Source: an uncultured delta proteobacterium
GTDB taxonomy: Bacteria > Myxococcota_A > Polyangia > Polyangiales > Polyangiaceae
Length of the DNA stretch: 64,000 bases
NCBI GenBank assembly: GCA_963696385.1
Contig: CAVOKF010000007.1
Coordinates: 512,001-576,000 of the forward strand
Direction: 5' to 3'
Position 1 is the first letter of the stretch. Each line of letters starts with the position of its first letter. The notes below the pieces were generated by a model, which did not search any database, was not told where the DNA came from, and saw only the letters and a program-made list of their open reading frames with translations. Shown one piece after another: positions 38,696 through 48,040 of this stretch. A program made the position numbers and the translations under genes.

Positions 38696-40264
38696 ATGAA
38701 CCTTCGGTCGCGCGTCGCTGCGAACGCGTGGGCTTTCCTCTTCCTTGCCGGCTGCAGCCCAGGCTCCAAGTCTTCGTCCGGAAGCCCGGCGGCCGGTGGG
38801 AGCGACGTGCTTCAACACCACACGAACGCGTCACGCGATGGCGTCACCCCCGACTCGTCCATGAGCAAGGCGGTGGCGAGCACGCTCAAGCTCGACACCA
38901 CCTACGCACCCGCGATCACCGGCAATGTTTACGCCCAACCGCTGTACGTCGCGTCGGGAACCAAGGGCAAGCCGACCCTCATCATCGCCACGGAAGGCAA
39001 TCACGTCGTCGCACTCGACCCGACGACGTCCGCGGCCCCGTTCTGGGACCAGACGTACGGAACACCCGTCACCGGGGTCTCGACAGCCCTCGGCTGTGGC
39101 AACATCGATCCGCTCGGAATCACCGGAACGCCCGTCGTGGACCCGACTTCGCACGCGATTTACTTCGACGCGATGACTCTCACCAACGGTGCTCCGGCGC
39201 ACATGATTCACGCGGTGTCGATCGACACCGGACTGGATCTGCCCGGATGGCCGGTCGCTGTCGACGGCGTCGCCGGCTTCACGTCGAAGACCCAGAACCA
39301 GCGGGGGGCCCTTCAGCTGCTGAACGGCGTCGTGTACGTCCCGTACGGCGGCCACGACGGGGATTGCAACACGTACTACGGCTGGGTGGTTGCCGTGCCG
39401 GTCGCGACCCCGAGCACCCTGAGCGGGTGGTCGGTGGGTTCCATGCAAGCGGGGGCCAGCCGGGGCGGCATTTGGGCGGTGGGCGGCGTTGCGTCCGACG
39501 GGACGTCGCTCTTCGTTTCGACCGGCAACACCACGAACGCGGGAACGACCTGGAGCGGCGGCGAGGCGGTTCTTCGACTCACACCACCGACGCCCTCGTT
39601 GACGGCCGACAGCGCCCACGCCTTCTACCCCACGGCGTGGATGAACTACGACGCGAACGACGTCGATCTCGGGGGTGCCAATCCGATCCTCTTCGACATG
39701 CCGACGGCTCCAATTCCCCATTTGGCCGTCGCCCTCGGCAAAGACGGCATTCTCTATTTGCTCAATCGAGACAATCTGGGGGGTGAGGGCAATGCCCTCT
39801 CGACGACGAGCGTCGCCTCCGATACGGGCGCGGCTTCCGCGGGCGCGCTCAACGGCGCAGGTGCGGCCTATACCACCGCCAAGGGAACGTACGTCGCATT
39901 TCACGCCAATAGCCACGCCCCGGGCCTCGTGATCGCAGGTTGCCCGAGCGGACAGACGGGTGGCAACGTCGGCGTGGCCCAAATCAGTGCCACCAATCCC
40001 CCGAAGGCAACCGTCGTGTGGTGTACCCGCGAGACCGGTCTGGGCTCCCCGATGGTGACCAACGACGGCAACGGGGACGTCATCGTCTGGGACGCGAACC
40101 AAAGCCTCTATGGGTATGACGGCGACACCGGCACAAAGGTCTTCGACGGATCAAGCTCGCCTCTTGCCAGTGCCATGCACTATTTCAATACCCCCGTCGA
40201 TGCCGCCGGAAACCTCGTGATCGCCACGTCCGCCCCCGGAGGCGTCTCCATTTTCCGCCCGTAG
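38696..40264 (+). CDS. PQQ-type beta-propeller lipoprotein
   Basis: LAG-C lipobox; VYAQPLYV, GITGTPVVD, QRGALQL, YYGWV, GGIW, DVDLGG, GKDGILYLLNRDNLG. Confidence 0.75.
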   Translation: MNLRSRVAANAWAFLFLAGCSPGSKSSSGSPAAGGSDVLQHHTNASRDGVTPDSSMSKAVASTLKLDTTYAPAITGNVYAQPLYVASGTKGKPTLIIATEGNHVVALDPTTSAAPFWDQTYGTPVTGVSTALGCGNIDPLGITGTPVVDPTSHAIYFDAMTLTNGAPAHMIHAVSIDTGLDLPGWPVAVDGVAGFTSKTQNQRGALQLLNGVVYVPYGGHDGDCNTYYGWVVAVPVATPSTLSGWSVGSMQAGASRGGIWAVGGVASDGTSLFVSTGNTTNAGTTWSGGEAVLRLTPPTPSLTADSAHAFYPTAWMNYDANDVDLGGANPILFDMPTAPIPHLAVALGKDGILYLLNRDNLGGEGNALSTTSVASDTGAASAGALNGAGAAYTTAKGTYVAFHANSHAPGLVIAGCPSGQTGGNVGVAQISATNPPKATVVWCTRETGLGSPMVTNDGNGDVIVWDANQSLYGYDGDTGTKVFDGSSSPLASAMHYFNTPVDAAGNLVIATSAPGGVSIFRP

Positions 40265-40344
40265 TTTCAGACGAGGGCGCGACCTCGGTCGGGGGGGGCG
40301 CTACCCACGGATCCGGGCCGCGGACCCGGCTCCCGCATGAACGA

Positions 40345-41937
40345 CTACCGAGGGATGGGAACGGCGCTCGGAGGCATCGTGTCCGGGATGACGCACGAGG
40401 AGAGGTCGAACAGCATGAACTCGAGCGCTTTTTCCTGAGGCGATAGATCGATCGCGTCGCAGCCGCCGGGCGGTGGCGCCGTATCCATCGTGGTCGGATT
40501 GCCTCCCACGTGAAGATCGCTGAACACGGCGCGGCCGCAATACGCCGGTGCCCCGCCCTCGGCGGCGGCCGCCGCATTGACGGGCGTGTCGAACGAAAAA
40601 TACAGCGTCCACGGGGTCGAAGTGATCCACGGTTGCGAGGGCGTGTTCGTGGCGGCGACCTGCGCATTGTCACGCGGCTGGTAAATGGCCAGATCGGTTG
40701 CGGCCACGCCGTTGGTCCCCAGGGCACCGACGAGTCCGAGCCACTGTTGAAGAGCGGCTCCCTTCGCGAAGGGCAGCGTGCTGCCGTTGAGCGTCGTGTC
40801 GATGACGCCGGCGATCGGCCCGTTGCCTTGCCCGCCGTTCGCCGTCCAGGTCGCGAGGTTGGTCCCCCAATCCGCCGGAGCCACGTACGCTTGCATGGTG
40901 TTGAGCGGACCGCTGAACCAGGAGTAGTGATAGTGCGACGCGAAGGCGCGGCCACCGGCATTCAAGTAGGCCTCGAGCGCCGGCGGGTTCGCGTCGAACG
41001 TCTCGCCCCCCTCGCACGAGAGAAGCACGATGTCGTACGGCATGAGCTGGGCCTGGGTAGCCCAGAGCGCCGTCGAGCTCGCCGGCGCGCCGGGCATGGC
41101 AGGATTTTCCGGTCCTCCGATTCCGCCTCCACCGCGGCCGCCCCCACCGCCACCCGCCTCGCCGCCCGAGAAGATATGGACGTGGCCGGTGCCGGTGGCG
41201 CCCGCCACGTATTCCGTTGCCGGCAGGCCCATCCGCAGCATCAAACACTCGAGCGAATCGGACGCTCCGGTCGATACCGCGATGTCGGGCATGCTGTCGT
41301 TGGCCTGGGTCAGGCTGCCGGGCAGGGCGAGCGACTTGTCGGGCACCGCGTTGTCGGCGCAAGCCGTGACGTTGAAGAAATACTCGCGCCGCCACTTGCC
41401 GACTTGGATCACAAGCGGAACAGCACTCCCGACCGGAACGTCGGTCAAAGTGAACGTCCCGTCGACGGCAGTCGACGTGCTCACGACGGCGCCGCTCGGG
41501 AACAAGGCCGAGCACGAGCACGCGTCGCTTCCCGTAGGCACGCCGGTAGGCAAGGTCTGCAGGGGCGTCGCGGGGACGTACACCGCGATGTTGTACAGAG
41601 GGTTTTTCGCGGCGGGATCGTACACGGTCCCGGTGATAGAGGTCGTGGCACCGCCGGTGCACGTCACGTCGCACCGCAACCCGGCGGGGCACACGCTCAG
41701 CGGCCCTGCGGATGCACCCGAACCGCTCGCGCTCGAAGGCTCGCTCCCTGAGAGCAGCGGCTGGGCGGTCACTGTCGGCGCCTTCGAAGTGGCGCTCTTC
41801 GAACCGGAGGCAACGCCGGTCGACGTGGACGGAATCTCAAAACTCGATGGGCTCGACAAAGATCCGCATCCAGCCGATGCGGAGAGGCCCAAAGCGAGCG
41901 CGGCGCTGAGCGCCGAGAAAACGTGCGATCTCGTCAT
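40345..41937 (-). CDS. Secreted lipoprotein with carboxypeptidase-regulatory-like domain (myxobacterial family)
   Basis: SAG-C; ITGTVYDPAAKNPLYN, VIQVGKWRR, IAVSTGASDSLECL, CGRAVFSDLHV, QEKALEFMLFDLSSC. Confidence 0.75.
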   Translation of the reverse strand: MTRSHVFSALSAALALGLSASAGCGSLSSPSSFEIPSTSTGVASGSKSATSKAPTVTAQPLLSGSEPSSASGSGASAGPLSVCPAGLRCDVTCTGGATTSITGTVYDPAAKNPLYNIAVYVPATPLQTLPTGVPTGSDACSCSALFPSGAVVSTSTAVDGTFTLTDVPVGSAVPLVIQVGKWRREYFFNVTACADNAVPDKSLALPGSLTQANDSMPDIAVSTGASDSLECLMLRMGLPATEYVAGATGTGHVHIFSGGEAGGGGGGRGGGGIGGPENPAMPGAPASSTALWATQAQLMPYDIVLLSCEGGETFDANPPALEAYLNAGGRAFASHYHYSWFSGPLNTMQAYVAPADWGTNLATWTANGGQGNGPIAGVIDTTLNGSTLPFAKGAALQQWLGLVGALGTNGVAATDLAIYQPRDNAQVAATNTPSQPWITSTPWTLYFSFDTPVNAAAAAEGGAPAYCGRAVFSDLHVGGNPTTMDTAPPPGGCDAIDLSPQEKALEFMLFDLSSCVIPDTMPPSAVPIPR

Positions 41938-42110
41938 GGAGACCTCCGAACTGTGGAGTGCATCCTGGTGGCGACAATCAGGCGCGGTTTTGGGACGAGA
42001 TGCAACGACCGCCGAACCTATTCGCGACTCATTGTGCTCACGGTGGCGAAAATCCTCCCCGAGGACCAATCGTGCGCTTCGTGGCGATCGAAGAAGCCGC
42101 GGGCCCATCC

Positions 42111-42318
<208 letters not shown>

Positions 42319-42956
42319 GAGTCGGCCAACAGAAGATTCTGAAAAATGATTCAGAGATTTCTTACGCCACTCTCCAAACGAGCCATCTCTTGATGGGTCG
42401 TCGGTTTGCGTGGCATCCTGAGAGGACGAAGGTCTCGGATGGGCTTTGGGGGCCCGCGGGATCGATCCGAACGTCGAACGGTCTTTCGACCGCGAGGCTC
42501 TCTATTATGCGCCAGTCGAGTGACTGGTTATCGGGACTCAAATATGCGCGGCGGCGAATAGCCCGAAGGCGATTGCGATACCCCACGCAATGGCAACGGA
42601 GGTGGGTCTCATTGGGTTAGAACACTCCCGAAATCTACCGTAAGCATCCTCAATAAGTTCGTAAAGCAGGGCCCCTGGAACCTCATCCCATTGTCGTCAT
42701 GGCCAAAGCCCGGATCAGCCGGAAGTCCTAGGGCCCGGACACCATTATCTACGAGATATCTACGAGACTGGCTCCGGCGAGAGTGGACCGGCCTCGTCAT
42801 TGGCAAGTGCGCGCACGTTGAACTCGGCCTTCAAGGGGGCGCGAATGGGAATCCGAGAGCTGGCGCGCCCCAATCCATTCCGATGAACGAAAGCGCCGCG
42901 TGAGTCGGGCAGGCGAATGCCCCAGATGATGCTCCTTGGCTCGGGAGGCCGAAGAG

Positions 42957-43660
42957 TCAGTTCGTGCCGGGGCAGCAGGGGCACGAACCCGTCGCTCCGG
43001 TCATCGTGCAGGCGCACGACTCGGCTCCATTGAACGTGCACGTGCAGGTCGAGCCCGAGCAGTCCGCTTCCCAGACGTCGCCGACGCTGTCCTGACACGA
43101 TGTCGTGAACGCAACGACCCCGTTCGGCCCCCCGCCGCCGCTCCCAGAGCACGAAGACGGCCCTAGGGCGCCGGATCTCGGAATGTTGGGACACACGGTG
43201 GCGGGCACGTCGCCGCAAAGTCCACCGGTGGGCCCGCTCCCCGGGGCTGGAATTGCCCCGATTGAGCCGCTGTCAACCAGGCAGTCGCCGAATGCTTGCA
43301 CCTCGGAATCGCATTCCGGAAGTTCGACCGTGCCCGAGTCGCACGCCAGCGACGACGACTCGAGGCAGCGAAGAAACCCGTCGGCGAGCGTTGCGCACGA
43401 TGGCGTCATCGTGGCCACGGCCGCGCAATTCATCGGACAGTCGGTGCCGGCGGAGCAACCTGTTTGCGCAATTTTGCCGCAAATGGCCGAGCACGACGCA
43501 GCAACTTGGGCGGGAGAACAGTCGCCGCCGCACCTGTCGAGAGGCCCCCCCCACCGTCCGGACCCGGCAACGTCGCGCCCCCGCATCCAGCCGCAAACCC
43601 GAACGCCACCCACGAGGCGACGCCGGAAAGGATGAAAGTTTTCAAACGCTTTCCCCGCAA
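42957..43660 (-). pseudogene. Small Cys-rich lipoprotein; apparent frameshift in the G8 run at 43545-43552
   Basis: Signal ...VAFGFAAG-C is in ORF 43430..43660; the Cys-rich body PLDRCGGDC... is in ORF 42957..43670; the frames meet at the G run. Confidence 0.7.
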
Positions 43661-44019
43661 GTTCGGCCACGATCGGCGCCCGCGTTCAGCTGAAGCATAC
43701 CCCGTGGCGCCGGGGATGAAAACGGCGTCGAGCGACGGGCTGAGGACGTTTCAGAGGGAGGTCGAGGGCTGGCACTTCGACGTCGGTTGCCTTGCGGCCG
43801 TGGGAACGGCGAGTTTCGGTACCGGTTACTGGGGTCAGCTCGACTTGGTCGGCGAGGCCTTGCAGTGGACGCTGGATCTCTCGAACGGATCCCCGTGTCC
43901 CGAGGACGACTGCGCATTTCTTGGACTGAGTCCGGTACTGGCCATGAATGGGCGAGGCGCTTCTGGCTTTGCTGAATCGCGGGAAACCACACACTGACGG
44001 CCCCCCGGGAACGGGATCG

Positions 44020-44796
44020 TCAAAAGGCAAGGACCGAGGCAAAGAGGAACGTGCCCGCCGTGAAGTTCCAATAGATGTACCCGTCGGCCCCCGCGATCAT
44101 GCCGGGCTGGTTTTGGTTGTCGACGATGGTCTTCAGCGACTGCGTCACGCCGCCGCCCACCAGCGTGACGCTGCGCCCGGCGGCGTTGGACGCGTTCCAG
44201 CTGCCGACGCTGCCCTTGAACTTCACACAGACGGCACCCCCGGTATTGAATTGGACCAGGCTGTAGAGGGTCGGCATCACGAGGACCGTGACGTTTGCGG
44301 CGCAACCCTTCGGAGGAGCCGAGCCCGAGTCGGCAAGTGACGCGTCGCCCGCGTCTCCTGCGGCCATCGACGCATCCAGGGTCACCTCGGCATCCACTGC
44401 GACGCTCACCTCGTCGGCCGCGTCCGCAACGGACGATGCATCGCCTCCCTGCGACGCGGAGTCGGGCGAAGGTCCCGAATCGTTGCCGCCCGCTTCTGTG
44501 TCTTGGGGAACCGCCGACACGTCCGGGGGGCCTGTCTCCACCGGTTCGGCGCCCGATTCGGCCTGGGTGCTCGCGGCGCCCTGTTCCGATGCCGCGTCCG
44601 CCCCCGGACTGGCGTCGGGCGGAACGAGGTTGGTTGCATCGACGAAACTCCCTTGCTCGTCTTGGCCGCCGTCGCCGCTCGCCCGTTCGGTCAACCGGCC
44701 GACGTCGAGGAGCGCCTCACAACCGCAGAGTCCGCGCAGAATCGCGGCAACTGCGACGAGAGCGAACGTCGCCCGCGCGCCGGTCGGTCGACCCAT
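44020..44796 (-). CDS. Lipoprotein with acidic linker and putative carbohydrate-binding C-domain; paralogue of 46294-47067
   Basis: LCG-CEALLDVG; FNTGGAVC...SWNASNAAGR...DGYIYWNFTAG. Confidence 0.72.
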   Translation of the reverse strand: MGRPTGARATFALVAVAAILRGLCGCEALLDVGRLTERASGDGGQDEQGSFVDATNLVPPDASPGADAASEQGAASTQAESGAEPVETGPPDVSAVPQDTEAGGNDSGPSPDSASQGGDASSVADAADEVSVAVDAEVTLDASMAAGDAGDASLADSGSAPPKGCAANVTVLVMPTLYSLVQFNTGGAVCVKFKGSVGSWNASNAAGRSVTLVGGGVTQSLKTIVDNQNQPGMIAGADGYIYWNFTAGTFLFASVLAF

Positions 44797-44969
44797 CTAC
44801 GCGCTCACCGACGCCGCGACCCCACCTGCGAGGACGGTCGCGCCCGACGCGGCCGCAAAGCCGAGATCCTTACCGGGGATGGTCATCCGTTGGGGTACCT
44901 CGCCCCAAGCCGTCGCGCAAGGGATCGGAACGCTCCGCCATTTCTGCAAAAAAACAGGCGGTCTGCGGT

Positions 44970-45542
44970 TCAGGGCGCGATCTCGGCCCCGCGGGTCTCG
45001 GCGAGGTCGACGGCGGCTAGCACTTCGTCGGCGTTCACCGCCGGATCGACGTCGGGCCAAACGCGCAGGATCTTGCCGTCCCCGCCGACCAGAAACGTCA
45101 CGCGCGAGGCCATGCCGAGTACGCTCGACACACCGTAGGCGCGCGCGACCGCGCCATCCTCGTCCGCGACAAGGATGAATGGAAGACCGTGATCCGCCCG
45201 AAACCGCCGGTGGCTTTCCTTCGAATCGCGCGACACACCAAAGACCGTGACGCGACGAGACTCGAATTGGGTGAAGGCATCTCGAAAAGCGCAGGCCTCG
45301 CGCGTGCAGCCAGGGGTCCCGTCTTTCGGGTAGAAGTAGAGAACGGCGGGACGACCGCGGGCGGCAGAAAGCGTCATAAGCGTCCCTGCGCGGGTCATCC
45401 CCATCACCTCCGGCGCCGTAGCTCCGACGGACAAAAGACCTATCCCTCCGTCGGGGCGCGTGACCGGAATGCATGCCGCAACGAGCAGACCGAGGCCTGT
45501 GCAAAGCACGGAGCGGCGGCGAATCATGGGGGTGAGATCCAT
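44970..45542 (-). CDS. bcp: Peroxiredoxin (BCP/PrxQ family) with lipoprotein-like N-terminus
   Basis: YFYPKDGTPGCTREACAFRD, GVSRD, RVTFLV; RRR...VAA-C leader. Confidence 0.85.
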   Translation of the reverse strand: MDLTPMIRRRSVLCTGLGLLVAACIPVTRPDGGIGLLSVGATAPEVMGMTRAGTLMTLSAARGRPAVLYFYPKDGTPGCTREACAFRDAFTQFESRRVTVFGVSRDSKESHRRFRADHGLPFILVADEDGAVARAYGVSSVLGMASRVTFLVGGDGKILRVWPDVDPAVNADEVLAAVDLAETRGAEIAP

Positions 45543-45773
45543 CCCGGTGACGTAGGCGTCTTGCAGGGTAGTACGGATGAGCGATGGGTCGGGAATCTGA
45601 CGCTCTCGACTCGACGCCGGACACGCGCCGCTCGCGCTTTCGGATTCTTAATAGCCCCTTCGGACGCTGAGGCATGATCGGGAGCGGCCAGAGCGGGCTC
45701 CCCAAGGGGCGCTGACTCGCCGGATCGAGAACTTTCGCCATAGTTTCGGCGCTCGCCCCTTTCCGAGGCGGCC

Positions 45774-45892
45774 GACCCCGACCCCGACTACCCCGACCCC
45801 GACCCCGACCGCGACCCCGACCGCGACCCCGACCGCGACCCCAACCGCGACCGCGACCGCGACCCCGACTACCCCGACCCCGACCCCGACCG
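45774..45892. repeat. Intergenic (GACCCC/GACCGC)n array, reverse complement of the GGGGTC family
   Basis: Seen directly. Confidence 0.88.
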
Positions 45893-45965
45893 GATAGGCG
45901 GACAGCTCAACCGGATGCGGTTCAGGGTCTTGCACTTCCTGGCGCGAGGCGTACGGTCGAAGGGT

Positions 45966-46226
45966 ATGGAGCCGAAACGTGAAAGCGCGGTCGTGCCCAT
46001 CCCGTGCGTCGACGTCGTGCGGCACTGCGACGAGATCGTCAGCGCGGCTGCCGCCCTGGTCGTCGATTTAGAGTTCGTAGCCGAGCGAGTCGGTGGGGAA
46101 AGCACGGCCGCATTGGACGACGCACGATCGAGCGTCGATCGGATCGTCGAAATAGCTCAGGCCATCCGGCGCACGCAGCAGACCGCGCCCGCGTCGTCCA
46201 ACCTGGACGGCAAGAAAACGGCATAG
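45966..46226 (+). CDS. Small helical protein resembling a degenerate HisKA domain
   Basis: HCDEIVSAAAALVVDLEFV...ALDDARSSVDRIVEIAQAI. Confidence 0.45.
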   Translation: MEPKRESAVVPIPCVDVVRHCDEIVSAAAALVVDLEFVAERVGGESTAALDDARSSVDRIVEIAQAIRRTQQTAPASSNLDGKKTA

Positions 46227-46293
46227 CATCGCGAATGCGTTTGTGGGCATTCACGTGGACGCCGGCTGCCCCCTGGATCGAGCTGTGCGCACT

Positions 46294-47067
46294 TCAGTCG
46301 GAGAACGCGGTCAACGAGGCGTACGAATACACGCCAGCCGTGAAGTTCCAGTAAATATACCCGTCGGTCCCCGCTTTGAGCCCGGGCTGGTTGCCGGTGG
46401 CGATGGTGTTCAACGTTTGCGTCGTGCTTCCGACGACCGTGACCTTGCGCCCGGATACGTTGGCAGCCGTCCACCCGCCGATGTCGCCCTTGTACGATAT
46501 GCAAACGGGTCCGGTCGTATCGAACATCACCGCGCGGTCGAGCTTGGACATCGTCAGGACGGTGTATCCCGCGTCGCACCCAGGTGCTGGCGCCACGATC
46601 CCGGAGTCGTCGAGAGCGTCGCCCGAGTCCATGGGGGCGTTCGACGAATCCGCAGTCAGGCCCGTGTCGGCGGCGTCGGCGATCGGGGCCGGCCCCGTAT
46701 CGGCCGGCGATGCCGAGTCCTGACCGCTCGTGGCGCCCGCATCGGTAGGCGCTGCGTCTCCGGCAGCTGCAGACCCTGTATCCGCAACGGTCTGCTCCAT
46801 ATCTGACCCGTCCTCAGCGTCAGGCTGGGCATCGTCGTCGTCCGAGGACGAGTCTTGCCCTGGATGGGCTTCACTCCCGACCTGGTTGCCCTGGTCCGTG
46901 GCGGTGCTGTCGACTTCACCTTGAACGTTGTCCGCATCGATGGCGTCGATTGGGCGATCGGTCAAGCTGCCCACGTCGAGCAGCGCTTCGCAGCTGCACA
47001 GTCCATAAAAAAGCGCGGCGCCTCCGAGGAGAGAGCAGGCTGCCTTCGCCCCCGTGGATCGGCCCAT
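46294..47067 (-). CDS. Lipoprotein with acidic linker and putative carbohydrate-binding C-domain
   Basis: LCS-CEALLDVG; FDTTGPVC...GWTAANVSGR...DGYIYWNFTAG; ATG abuts the upstream TAG. Confidence 0.75.
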   Translation of the reverse strand: MGRSTGAKAACSLLGGAALFYGLCSCEALLDVGSLTDRPIDAIDADNVQGEVDSTATDQGNQVGSEAHPGQDSSSDDDDAQPDAEDGSDMEQTVADTGSAAAGDAAPTDAGATSGQDSASPADTGPAPIADAADTGLTADSSNAPMDSGDALDDSGIVAPAPGCDAGYTVLTMSKLDRAVMFDTTGPVCISYKGDIGGWTAANVSGRKVTVVGSTTQTLNTIATGNQPGLKAGTDGYIYWNFTAGVYSYASLTAFSD

Positions 47068-48027
47068 CTAAAAGCTCGCTCTTGCCATGATCGCCCCCCC
47101 ACTAGGCACTACCACAGGCGCTACGGTGACCGTCGCCACAGCGGTCGCGCCCCGGATCGCGCTCGGCGCGAACAGCACCAGCGCCGCGCCGCCGGCCAGG
47201 AAAACGCTTCCCGCAATCCAGCCGACGTCCGACACGCGCGCCGCGCTCTTGATCCCCCCCACAGTTCCCGGATTGCACACGCCGTTCGCATCGCATTGTG
47301 CGGCGTTCTTGTCTTTCAACGCAACGATGCCGGCAGCGGCTCCCACGGCAAGGCCCACAACTCCGACGCCCCCGAGCGCCCAGCCCAGCGTCTTCCAAAG
47401 GCCGAACGGCTCGATCGCCTCTGCGCTGCCAGCCCCCGCAACGGGGAGTGCCGGGACACCGGACGCCGGGACACCGGACGCCGGGACACCGGACGCCGGG
47501 ACACCGGACGCCGGGACACCGGACGCCGGGACACCGGACGCCGGGGCAGCAGGCGCCGGGACGGCCGCCTCGAACACGACGGCCACCCCTTCGTTCTTCT
47601 CCCCTTCTTGGACCAGCACGTGTCGGTCGACGCTCGGACGGCCACTCGACTCGAAGTGAAACGTGTACGACCCGGGATTCAACGGCACCGCCTGACCGTC
47701 GAGCTTGGACGTGAGCCGCCGCCCGTCCGCGCTCACCGTCACGTCGACAAGGTCCGCCCCCGTCACATCCTCGGCCGCGAACACGAGGGTGGGGAGCGCA
47801 TTCTCGACGTCGGCGAGCCAGCGAGTACAATCGCTCTGCACGACCGCGGGACACTGAAGCGCGGCGCACGCCTGCAGCTGCTCGCGCGCCTCCACGAGCT
47901 TGTGCGTCGCGCGAAGCCTCTGGCCCTTGGAGGCCGCGTCGAGGCATGCCGCTTTGTCGTCCGCGCGTGCGGGCACCACAAAAAGCGTAGCCGGCACGAG
48001 GAGGCCCCAAAACAATCGAGCGTTCAT
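47068..48027 (-). CDS. Exported PEGA-like protein with Cys-helical N-domain and hydrophobic C-terminus
   Basis: Signal ...PARA; KAAC...EAREQLQACAALQCPAVVQSDCTRWL; AVPLNPGSYTFHFE; two Gly-rich hydrophobic segments; terminal Phe. Confidence 0.72.
   Translation of the reverse strand: MNARLFWGLLVPATLFVVPARADDKAACLDAASKGQRLRATHKLVEAREQLQACAALQCPAVVQSDCTRWLADVENALPTLVFAAEDVTGADLVDVTVSADGRRLTSKLDGQAVPLNPGSYTFHFESSGRPSVDRHVLVQEGEKNEGVAVVFEAAVPAPAAPASGVPASGVPASGVPASGVPASGVPASGVPALPVAGAGSAEAIEPFGLWKTLGWALGGVGVVGLAVGAAAGIVALKDKNAAQCDANGVCNPGTVGGIKSAARVSDVGWIAGSVFLAGGAALVLFAPSAIRGATAVATVTVAPVVVPSGGAIMARASF
47450..47545. repeat. 15-bp coding tandem repeat x6 (GCCGGGACACCGGAC), encodes (PASGV)6
   Basis: Seen directly. 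Confidence 0.9.
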
Positions 48028-48040
48028 GGGCGGTTTTTGT

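Noticed and set aside
43717..43997. Short plus-strand frame (MKTASSDG...WHFDVGC...GYWGQL)
   Set aside because: No recognisable family, RBS or context; may be a fragment but cannot be supported
47450..47545. Possible CRISPR-like repeat
   Set aside because: Contiguous 15-bp units without spacers, in frame within a linker; no cas genes nearby
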